26,355 bases of DNA from a virus (lineage: Duplodnaviria > Caudoviricetes), in IMG/VR virus record IMGVR_UViG_3300032288_001874, positions 1 to 26,355 of that record, one strand, 5' to 3'. Below, one piece after another: positions 9,262-17,335 of the stretch (its first letter is position 1; every line of letters begins with the position of its first letter). A model generated the notes under the pieces. That model was not told where the DNA came from. It saw only the letters and a list, made by a program, of their open reading frames with translations, and made no database searches. Made by a program: the position numbers and the translations under genes.

Positions 9262-10648
9262 GGACAACCGCTCTTGGATTGACCGCTGGCGCGACGAAGG
9301 AACGCTGAGAGACAAAATCCTTGCGCTCCCTGACGAGCGTGCGCCCCTCTTCCCGTACCTATGGCAGGTGTGGGCGCGACCTAACCAGCAGGTCCCTGCC
9401 GGTATGGGAGAGCAGTATCGCATTTGGATGTTCCGAGCCGGTCGAGGGTCAGGCAAAACGAGGGCTGGCGCGGAAACAGTCCGGCTCATGGTCGAGGCTG
9501 GTTGCCGGAGGATCGCTTTGGTCGCACCGACCGCCGCCGATGTTCGAGATGTGATGATCGAAGGCGAATCCGGTTTGCTCTCGGTTTTCCCTGACGATGA
9601 TCGACCTGCCTACCAGCCTTCCCTGCGCCGAGTTACCTTCAAGAATGGTGCGGTAGCGGTCTCCTATTCGGCTGACGAACCGGAAAGATTGCGAGGCCCT
9701 CAGCACGACTTCGCTTGGATCGACGAGCCTGCCTCGATGCCAAGAGGCGAGGAAACCTTCTCAAACCTGATGCTCGGTTTGCGTTTGGGGCTGGCACCTT
9801 GGGTGATGGTCACAGGGACACCGAAACCTGTCCGCTGGCTACGCGAACTCTCCGAACAGCCACAAACCCTCACAACGGTCGGCTCAACCTTCGACAACGA
9901 AAGGCACCTGGCCCCAACATTCATCACCGATGTCCTCGGCCGATATGAAGGCACCCGACTCGGCCGCCAGGAACTCTATGCCGAATGGCTGGACGATGTG
10001 GAAGGCGCACTCTGGACCGAGCGAACGATCGACCAGCACCGCATCGCAAACTTCGACATCTCTCAACCCTGGTCATCGCTCAACACCTGGCTTCAGGCTG
10101 GCGGCCACAAACCTGTCGCAGACCGGAGGGCATGGCGCACGATCGTCGCAGTGGACCCTCCAGGCGAAACAGCAGAGTGTGGAATCGTTGTCGCTACCGC
10201 CCCAACGCAGGGCCGCGCCGGAATCGACCACGCAGTAATCCTCGAGGATATGAGCATGACAGGTCGTCCTGAGGAATGGGGACGGCAGGTCGTCCAAGCC
10301 CTCCGAAAATGGAAAGCAGAGCGCATCGTTGTCGAATCGAACCAAGGCGGCGACATGGTGCGGGCCACCATCCACGCAGTGGACCCAAATGTCCAAATCA
10401 ATAAGGTGACTGCTCGACAGTCAAAGACAGCGAGAGCCGAACCGGTCTCGGCATTGTATGAGCGAGGACTGGTCCACCACCTCGGCTTCCATCCGCTCCT
10501 CGAATCCCAGATGACCTCTTGGACCAAGGATGACGGCAAATCACCTGACCGCATGGATGCCCTTGTCCACGCCATCAATTACCTCTTGACTGCGCAGGCA
10601 CAAGTTCGTAGCCTCGTCATGTCTCCCACCGCAAGGAGGATTGCGTGA
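9242..10648 (+). CDS. terL: terminase large subunit
   Basis: Walker A AGRGSGKT, LRGPQHDFAWIDE (Walker B), VTGTP, nuclease domain VAVDP ... SPDRMDA. Confidence 0.95.
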   Translation: MPIQTFEDNRSWIDRWRDEGTLRDKILALPDERAPLFPYLWQVWARPNQQVPAGMGEQYRIWMFRAGRGSGKTRAGAETVRLMVEAGCRRIALVAPTAADVRDVMIEGESGLLSVFPDDDRPAYQPSLRRVTFKNGAVAVSYSADEPERLRGPQHDFAWIDEPASMPRGEETFSNLMLGLRLGLAPWVMVTGTPKPVRWLRELSEQPQTLTTVGSTFDNERHLAPTFITDVLGRYEGTRLGRQELYAEWLDDVEGALWTERTIDQHRIANFDISQPWSSLNTWLQAGGHKPVADRRAWRTIVAVDPPGETAECGIVVATAPTQGRAGIDHAVILEDMSMTGRPEEWGRQVVQALRKWKAERIVVESNQGGDMVRATIHAVDPNVQINKVTARQSKTARAEPVSALYERGLVHHLGFHPLLESQMTSWTKDDGKSPDRMDALVHAINYLLTAQAQVRSLVMSPTARRIA

Positions 10649-10743
10649 AGCACCATGACATCATCGCCCTGATCGCGGCGCACACGGCCATCGTCGCCAC
10701 CTATCTTGGCTTCCTGATCGTTGTCATCCGTTGGATTTCGTAA
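10645..10743 (+). CDS. 32-aa membrane peptide
   Basis: AGGAGG SD and GTGA overlap with the terL stop; MKHHDIIALIAAHTAIVATYLGFLIVVIRWIS*. Confidence 0.5.
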   Translation: MKHHDIIALIAAHTAIVATYLGFLIVVIRWIS

Positions 10744-10789
10744 TGAAGTGGAACGAGAATCACCAAATTGGCGCAAGAAAAGAGCAGTA

Positions 10790-12169
10790 ATGGCAACGAT
10801 CCTTCACGGCAACAATCTTGACATCCTCCCCACATTCGATGACTGCTCAATCGACGCCATTGTCACCGACCCACCCTACGAATTAGGTTTCATGGGGAAA
10901 AGGTGGGATGCGTCCGGCATCGCCTACAACACCACCCTCTGGCAAGAATGTTTGCGTGTCCTGAAACCGGGTGGGCATCTGCTGGCCTTCGGTGGGACAC
11001 GGACCTACCACCGGATGGCGTGCGCCATCGAGGACGCCGGGTTTGAGATCCGGGACTCGATCCACTGGCTGTATGGGTCAGGCTTCCCGAAGTCGTTAGA
11101 TGTCAGCAAAGCCATCGACAAGCAGGCTGGCGCAGAACGGGAAGTTATCGGCACAACTAGAGGTGTGGCTGTCGCATCATCTGACAATCAGTACGGCGGC
11201 ATCAACCGGGGTGCTGTTGGCATCAAACAGACAGGCGTTGATATTCCTGTCACTGCCCCCGCCACCGAGCAGGCGAAGCAGTGGGCTGGTTGGGGGACAG
11301 CACTGAAACCTGCCCACGAGCCGATCGTCGTCGCTCGCAAACCACTCGTCGGAACAGTCGCCGCGAATGTGTTGGAGTATGGAACTGGAGCGATCAACAT
11401 CGACGCCACCCGGATTGGCTTCCAAGACGGTGAGTACGATCCGACGAGGATTCAGCGTCAGCAACATTCGTCAGGTGCGATTGAGGGAGCGTTCGGTGCG
11501 TCAGCGTTGATTGGCAAGGAGATTCAGACATACAAGGAGGGTGGCCGTTGGCCTGCGAATGTCATGCTCACCCACACCGACACCTGCGACGATGAATGTG
11601 TGCCGGGGTGTCCTGTCTCTCTGCTCGACAAACAAAGCGGATTCAGCAAAGACGGTGTGGCAGTTAGACGGAATAGCAGTGGAAACACTTTCGGTGGCAG
11701 TAAGCCGAAGCCAGCGATGGATGACATGTCGTATGGCGGTGCGGGTGGCGCGTCGAGGTTTTTCTATTGTGCGAAGCCGTCGCGGAAGGAACGCAACGCC
11801 GGACTCGACCACCTAGAACAGAAAACCGCTGGCGAAGCGACGGACCGCAAAGATGGAACAGCCGGACTAGAAAGCCCGAGGGCAGGCGCAGGGAGGACTG
11901 GCGGCGCACAGAATCTTCATCCGACGGTGAAACCTTTGGCCCTCATGCGCTATCTCGTCCGGCTCGTTACCCCAACCAGCGGCACTGTTCTCGACCCGTT
12001 CGCCGGATCAGGCACGACACTCATGGCCGCCATCCTCGAAGGCTTCAACGCCATCGGGATCGAAATGACCGACGAGTATTTGCCCATCATCCAAGGGCGC
12101 ATCGCCTGGGCCGAAAAGGAAAAGATGAATCAGCCACCTGTCCTCGACCAACTTGAATTCCCGTTATGA
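10790..12169 (+). CDS. DNA N4-cytosine/N6-adenine methyltransferase (beta class)
   Basis: TDPPY (motif IV) precedes HPTVKP and VLDPFAGSGTT (motif I); long central insertion; ATG 10790 (MATILHGNN). Confidence 0.92.
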   Translation: MATILHGNNLDILPTFDDCSIDAIVTDPPYELGFMGKRWDASGIAYNTTLWQECLRVLKPGGHLLAFGGTRTYHRMACAIEDAGFEIRDSIHWLYGSGFPKSLDVSKAIDKQAGAEREVIGTTRGVAVASSDNQYGGINRGAVGIKQTGVDIPVTAPATEQAKQWAGWGTALKPAHEPIVVARKPLVGTVAANVLEYGTGAINIDATRIGFQDGEYDPTRIQRQQHSSGAIEGAFGASALIGKEIQTYKEGGRWPANVMLTHTDTCDDECVPGCPVSLLDKQSGFSKDGVAVRRNSSGNTFGGSKPKPAMDDMSYGGAGGASRFFYCAKPSRKERNAGLDHLEQKTAGEATDRKDGTAGLESPRAGAGRTGGAQNLHPTVKPLALMRYLVRLVTPTSGTVLDPFAGSGTTLMAAILEGFNAIGIEMTDEYLPIIQGRIAWAEKEKMNQPPVLDQLEFPL

Positions 12170-12456
12170 CCTGGCTCCTGTTCGTCCTCGGCTCGCTCTC
12201 CTGCTATCGCCTCACAAGATTGGTCACCGCAGACGAAATCACAAAACCGCTTCGCAATTGGGCTTTCAGCAAAGGCACCATGTTTGGCTACTTGGCATCT
12301 TGCGACTGGTGCCTGTCGATTTGGGTGTCGCCATTCGTCGCAATTCCCATTACCCTTTGGCCCGACAGCAACCTGACACTTGCCACCCTCCTAGCCCTTT
12401 CTCTTTCAGCGGTGACGGGGCTGGTGAGCGTCACCGAGCAGAGGATAGAGAGATGA
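12166..12456 (+). CDS. DUF1360-like membrane protein
   Basis: YRLTRLVTADEITKPLR and LASCDWCLSIW with hydrophobic helices. Confidence 0.75.
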   Translation: MTWLLFVLGSLSCYRLTRLVTADEITKPLRNWAFSKGTMFGYLASCDWCLSIWVSPFVAIPITLWPDSNLTLATLLALSLSAVTGLVSVTEQRIER

Positions 12457-12761
12457 CCCCAGACAGCATCACATGGGTTTCGGACCTACCGACAGATTTC
12501 ATGGCGCATGGAGCCTGCCAGGGAATGGATACGAACCTGTTCTTCCCAGTCAAAGGCGAGTCGAACAAGGAAGCGATGGAAGCCTGCAACGGGAGACCCG
12601 ACCAGCCTGGCCGCCAGGGAAGGCCGCCATGCCCGGTCCGGCAGGAATGTTTGGAATATGCGCTCTCGTTGCCGTCGCTGAGCATTGGCATTTGGGGTGG
12701 GACCAGCCAGAAAGAAAGGCGCAGCCTGCGGCTTCAGCCGGTCCCAGTCCGCTGGCGTTGA
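12453..12761 (+). CDS. whiB: WhiB-family transcription factor
   Basis: GAC.G.DT.LFFP ... C-x14-CPVRQEC.EYAL ... GIWGGTSQKERR; ATGA overlap at 12453. Confidence 0.9.
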   Translation: MTPDSITWVSDLPTDFMAHGACQGMDTNLFFPVKGESNKEAMEACNGRPDQPGRQGRPPCPVRQECLEYALSLPSLSIGIWGGTSQKERRSLRLQPVPVRWR

Positions 12762-12846
12762 GATGGCCCATGCGGTTGCGCTCTATTGTGCGGTAACGAT
12801 CGCTCTGCTTGCTCTCAAATGGTGGTGAGCCGCTCGATGACCGTGA

Positions 12847-13441
12847 GGACCGAGTGGACCGAGCCGACCGAACCGACCGGACCAAGATGCCCTAGAGGAC
12901 CGAGCCGATTGGACCTTCAGGACCTTCTCGACCAAGCCGACCGGACCAAGCGTCCCTAATGGACCCGATTCAATGGACCTAACGGACCCAACGGCCCAAA
13001 AGCACCGGACCTTCCGGACCAAAAGGACCGGACCATCAGGACCTTCAGGTTCGATTGGACCGGACCATCAGGACCTTCAGGTTCGATTGGACCGAACCAA
13101 TTGGACCTTCAGGACCAATCGGCAGGACCAAACGGACCTATGGCACCGAATGGACCGCTCCAAAGGTACCAAGTGGACCTAGCGGACCCGACCAAAGGTA
13201 CCAAGAGGACCCAATGAACCCTGCCATCAAGACCGTCTGGGCCGAGTGGACCATACCCAAGGTACCGTCAGCACCGAATGGCCCTACCTTCCGGACCTTC
13301 AGGACCAACCCTCTGGACCAATCGAACCAAGTGGACCGAACCAACGGCACCTAGTGGACCTATCGAGCCTTCGAGAAAACCCAAACGGTCCAACAGGTCC
13401 AACAGGTCCAAACCATTCGACCCTTCCGGACCATTCGGACC
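12847..13441 (+). repeat. degenerate GGACC-core repeat array with ~9-nt periodicity
   Basis: Hand count: about 35 GGACC plus 3 GGTCC in ~600 bp, with many 9-nt spacings. No continuous ORF. Confidence 0.9.
13025..13088 (+). repeat. perfect 32-bp tandem duplication
   Basis: GGACCGGACCATCAGGACCTTCAGGTTCGATT at 13025-13056 and 13057-13088. Confidence 0.95.
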
Positions 13442-13490
13442 ACACAACCCTTTGCTATCATTCCCGTCGAATCATGTACGCTAGAACCTG

Positions 13491-15353
13491 ATGTCCGATC
13501 GCCGTCGTCCTCGTCGCCCCAAATACAACTCGTTGGTGGCCGCCGCCGAATTGATGGTCGCACCCAACCTTGCGTTGCGAGGAACAGTCACAAAGACCGA
13601 AGCATGGCAGGCCGACGCTTGGAACTTCTACGACACCGTGGGCGAACTGCGATTCGGCATCTCTTGGATCGCAAACGCAATGTCGAGAGTCAACCTAGTT
13701 GCGGCCGCTCCCCCGGCTGGACCTGGCGACGAACCGACCGTCATCGTGCCAGCGGACCCCTCATTCACCGCAGGACAAAAACGCGCCGCTGAAATCGTGG
13801 AAACCATTTGCGGAGGCTCTGGCGGCCAAGGCCAAATGCTTTCCGCTTTCGGCACTCACCTGTCTCTCACCGGCATCGCTTGGCTGGTCGCTGAGCCAGA
13901 CCTCAATGACCCGCTGGCAGATCGCTTCGAGACTTGGAAGGTGTATTCGAGCGACGAGATTCGGTTGTGGACTGACGGGATCGAGATAGCGACCGGCCCG
14001 AGAGAGTGGCGGCCGGTCCATCCGAACGCCATCGTCATCAAAGTGTGGCGGCCACATCCTCGCCGTAACTGGGAACCGGACGCACCAACCCACGGTGTCC
14101 TTGGGGTCCTCCGAGAGATCGACCTGCTTCAGAAACACATCCAAGCGTCCGCGCAATCACGGCTGGCAGGCGCAGGTCTGCTCGCTATGCCTGCCGAGGC
14201 AGTGTTCCCTCCTGGGCAAGGTCCACAGTCCGCTATCGACGACATCGACCCGGAGGATCAGAACACCCGACCTCCCGACGACACATTTATCGAAACGCTT
14301 ATTGATGCGATGACGACCCCGATCGCTGATCGTGGTTCGGCCGCGGCGGTCGTGCCTCTCGTCGTCAAAATCCCAGGCGAGTTCGTGGACAAGGTGAAGC
14401 ACATCACTTTCGCTACGCCTTTCGATGACCAAGTGTTGGCCCTGATGGAGTCTGCGATTACTCGCCTGTCGCTGGGCATGGATATTCCACCGGAAGTGTT
14501 GACAGGCAAAGGTGCCTCGAATCATTGGTCGGCTTGGCAGGTCCAAGAGGAATCAATCACGCTCCACATCGAACCGCTTTCGGAAACAATTTGTAACGCT
14601 TTGACGGTCGGTTACCTTCAGGCCGCCTTGGAAGCGGAAGGCTTCGACCCAAGCGAGGCAATGGTTTGGTACGACACAAGCGACCTGACGACTCGCCCAG
14701 ACAAAAGCAGAGGCGCCGTCGAGGCGTACGATCGCAACGAACTGTCGGCCGAGGCCCTGCTCCGAGAACTCGGTTTGGCTTTGGATGACATGCCGTCGAA
14801 AGAGGAGAAGCGAGAAAAGATTCTGCTCTCAATCGCCAGGGGTGCGCCAACTCTTGCGCCTGCGATGCTTACCGAATTGGGTTACCTGTCTGCCGAGGTC
14901 GCACCAATCGAGCCTTCCGAGCCGGTCCAGCCTGTCGAGGAACAGCAACCAGCCGAGCAACCAGCGACCCAGGGACCACCTGAAACCTCACCGAGCGGCC
15001 TGTCGGAAGCGTTAGTGGCCGCCTGCGACATCATCGTCCAACGGGCATTGGAGAAGGCCGGAACACGCCTGAAGTCGGCCGCAGGCAAGAATGTGAAAGG
15101 CGGCGCGGCGGCCATCCCTTGCGATAACCCTGCGACGCTCCACACCAAACTCAATGCGATCCAATATGCGGACACAAGCCACCTACTTCAAGACGCGTGG
15201 TTCCTCATTCCCCAGGTCGCCAATCGCTATTCGGTCGATGCGAATCTCCTGAAAGCCACACTCAACCAATATGCGGAGCATCTTTTGACCGAAGGCATCG
15301 AGCATGACTACGACACCCTTCACGGGCTACTCGCATCTTCAGCCTCCCTCTGA
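13491..15353 (+). CDS. portal protein
   Basis: 620 aa after the terminase module. WQADAWNFYDTVGELRF, LSLGMDIPPEVL, SNHWSAWQV and LHIEP are typical of cluster-B-like actinophage portals. Confidence 0.88.
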   Translation: MSDRRRPRRPKYNSLVAAAELMVAPNLALRGTVTKTEAWQADAWNFYDTVGELRFGISWIANAMSRVNLVAAAPPAGPGDEPTVIVPADPSFTAGQKRAAEIVETICGGSGGQGQMLSAFGTHLSLTGIAWLVAEPDLNDPLADRFETWKVYSSDEIRLWTDGIEIATGPREWRPVHPNAIVIKVWRPHPRRNWEPDAPTHGVLGVLREIDLLQKHIQASAQSRLAGAGLLAMPAEAVFPPGQGPQSAIDDIDPEDQNTRPPDDTFIETLIDAMTTPIADRGSAAAVVPLVVKIPGEFVDKVKHITFATPFDDQVLALMESAITRLSLGMDIPPEVLTGKGASNHWSAWQVQEESITLHIEPLSETICNALTVGYLQAALEAEGFDPSEAMVWYDTSDLTTRPDKSRGAVEAYDRNELSAEALLRELGLALDDMPSKEEKREKILLSIARGAPTLAPAMLTELGYLSAEVAPIEPSEPVQPVEEQQPAEQPATQGPPETSPSGLSEALVAACDIIVQRALEKAGTRLKSAAGKNVKGGAAAIPCDNPATLHTKLNAIQYADTSHLLQDAWFLIPQVANRYSVDANLLKATLNQYAEHLLTEGIEHDYDTLHGLLASSASL

Positions 15354-16839
15354 TCCGGTTGAGCGAGCCGCATGGTTCGCAAAACAAGAGGACCGGATAG
15401 CGAAGCGGACCAGGCAGGTGATGGTCGAACTCATCACTACCTCAACGGAAATGTTCATCAATTCGCTGACCGCTTCCGGCGACATGACTGCGTTTGACTA
15501 CATCATCCAAGGCTGGGACGAATATGCGACCGGCGAACTTGTCGAGAATCTCCAAGGTATGTATCTGGCCGGTGGAGTCGCGACCTATGTGACCGCCCCG
15601 ACGACGGGCGCGTTCTCCACCGACATCGCAAACACTTGGATCAACATCGTGAATCAAACCGCTGTGGACTATGCCCTCGACGCATCGAACCGGATGAAAG
15701 ATGTCGGGCTGACGGCATGGAACAACATCAAGAACAATGTGTCCGCTGCTGTCGAACAAGGCACAAGCGTCGAGAACCTGAAGAAGTTGTTGGAGAAGAA
15801 TAAGTCGTTCTCGGAGTATCGAGCCGAAACGATCGCACGAACCGAAGTCGGTAGCGCACTCCTGAATGGCAGTTGGAATGGGATGGCCGCCTTGGGTGAG
15901 TTCGGTCCGACACACAAGGTTTGGATCGCTACCGCAGATGCGAGGAGCCGCGAGACACACATCCAGGTTGCTACCAAAGTGCTACCGATCAATGAGCCGT
16001 ACGATGTCGGCGGCGAACCGATGATGTATCCACATTCGCCGGGGGCATCCGCAAAGAATGTGATCAATTGTCGATGCGACATTGGCTATCTCTACCCTGG
16101 CGACACGAACCCCTACACAGGCGAAACGATTCCTGAACCGCTGGCGGCCATACAAGAAACAACACAGGCACGGAATAATGACCGGGTTATCCCTGTGCGC
16201 TCCTCGCCGCCTCCAACAAATGTCCCGCGCCGTGTGACGCTCAGGCCCAATGAGCCAAGCAGGACGCAGGCAATTCAACCTTTCGGCAACAAGGCCGAGA
16301 TCGACGACTTTGTGGATCGCTTCCGCTCAACAGGTATGACTCGCGAGGCGTTCCCAGACCAATTGCCCGGCATCAAGGAATACCGCGGGGGCGGCTATGT
16401 GAACATCAATCAGCAATTGCGAACCGGTATTGATGGCGGCCAAGGGGAATTCATCGAACAGATTGATGACCTCTTCGATAACGCGCCAACGCTGGCCGAG
16501 CCGATCAGGACCTATCGTGGCATTTCACCTGGCTCCTTCGCAGACGAATTGCGAACCCTCAAACCAGGCGACGAGTTCACAGACGCTGGTTACATCTCAA
16601 CATCAATGGACAAAGAGGTCGCCGACCGATTTGTCACTTTCTATGACACGGCTGGTCCCGGTGGGGTCCTGCTAGAAGTCATCAGTCCTGTCGGTACGCG
16701 CGGATTGATTCCAGATGCGTTATTGAGGACTGCGACACAGCAAGCGTCGATTGAAAGAGAGTGGCTGTTGCCGAGAGGCGCGCGCCTTCGCGTCCTTGCG
16801 ATCAATGCGAAGTCAATAACTGTTGAGGTGGTGTTATGA
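15304..16839 (+). CDS. MuF (SPP1 gp7-like) minor head protein with C-terminal VIP2-like ADP-ribosyltransferase
   Basis: MuF: RAETIARTE, KVW.ATAD.RSRETH, NVINCRC. ART: Y.NIN.QLR, YRG, YISTS, EREWLLPRG. Confidence 0.88.
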   Translation: MTTTPFTGYSHLQPPSDPVERAAWFAKQEDRIAKRTRQVMVELITTSTEMFINSLTASGDMTAFDYIIQGWDEYATGELVENLQGMYLAGGVATYVTAPTTGAFSTDIANTWINIVNQTAVDYALDASNRMKDVGLTAWNNIKNNVSAAVEQGTSVENLKKLLEKNKSFSEYRAETIARTEVGSALLNGSWNGMAALGEFGPTHKVWIATADARSRETHIQVATKVLPINEPYDVGGEPMMYPHSPGASAKNVINCRCDIGYLYPGDTNPYTGETIPEPLAAIQETTQARNNDRVIPVRSSPPPTNVPRRVTLRPNEPSRTQAIQPFGNKAEIDDFVDRFRSTGMTREAFPDQLPGIKEYRGGGYVNINQQLRTGIDGGQGEFIEQIDDLFDNAPTLAEPIRTYRGISPGSFADELRTLKPGDEFTDAGYISTSMDKEVADRFVTFYDTAGPGGVLLEVISPVGTRGLIPDALLRTATQQASIEREWLLPRGARLRVLAINAKSITVEVVL

Positions 16840-16961
16840 AGAAGCGATACATCTATCAGCCTGAGGACCTTGCAGGCATCACGATTTATCGTCGCAACGA
16901 GCAACCAAAAAACAGCGACGAGGAGAAATCGAAGCCGAAGGGGTCGCAAACGCCCAGGTAG
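16836..16961 (+). CDS. 41-aa peptide coupled to MuF-ART (candidate inhibitor)
   Basis: ATGA overlap and GAGGTGG SD; MKKRYIYQPEDLAGITIYRRNEQPKNSDEEKSKPKGSQTPR*. Confidence 0.5.
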   Translation: MKKRYIYQPEDLAGITIYRRNEQPKNSDEEKSKPKGSQTPR

Positions 16962-16969
16962 ATCGGTCC

Positions 16970-17013
16970 GTGAGACTCTCAACCTTTGAGGTTAAAATTG
17001 TCCCAAGGGACAA
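16970..17013 (+). promoter_or_regulatory. putative sigma70-type promoter with overlapping inverted repeats
   Basis: GTGAGA-17 nt-TAAAAT (16970-16998). Inverted repeats AACCT-TTG-AGGTT (16981-16993) and TTGTCCC-AA-GGGACAA (16998-17013). Confidence 0.55.
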
Positions 17014-17037
17014 ACCCGAATTGAGAGAGGAGCAAGT

Positions 17038-17250
17038 ATGAGTAAGTCGTTGTCGCCCGTGAAGGTGCGGGTGGGATGCAAGGTCGCGTGGGATGCCTAT
17101 GCGACGAGAGAGGAAGCGGTCGAGGCTTCCGAGGCCGCCAAGGAGCAGGCGGCCATCGACGCCAAGCGTGGCTACGACTTCGGTCTGGCCACCCCAGGCG
17201 AGATCAGTGGCCCCGATGCCGAAGGGTTGTGGTGGGTCACGGTCAGTTGA
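17038..17250 (+). CDS. hypothetical protein
   Basis: 70 aa with strong SD GAGAGAGGAG. Confidence 0.75.
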   Translation: MSKSLSPVKVRVGCKVAWDAYATREEAVEASEAAKEQAAIDAKRGYDFGLATPGEISGPDAEGLWWVTVS

Positions 17251-17254
17251 GAAT

Positions 17255-17312
17255 CGTCCGAGGACGAAACGCCGTGAGGCGTCGCCCAGTGGATGCTGGG
17301 CCTGACGAGTCC
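17255..17312 (+). ncRNA. type II hammerhead ribozyme
   Basis: GGAC-GAAA-CGCC(GTGA)GGCG-TC^-GCCCAG(TGGATG)CTGGGC-CTGACGA-GTCC: all core nucleotides and three stems present. Loop I can pair with upstream CGTCCG. Intergenic. Confidence 0.92.
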
Positions 17313-17335
17313 CGTCAGCAGAGAGAGGAGGAAGC

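Noticed and set aside
12847-13441. GGACC array as a CRISPR array
   Set aside because: No constant 25-40 bp repeats with unique spacers and no cas genes.
12783-13563. Short ORFs on both strands across the GGACC array
   Set aside because: Low-complexity by-products of the repeat; mutually overlapping, with no convincing RBS.
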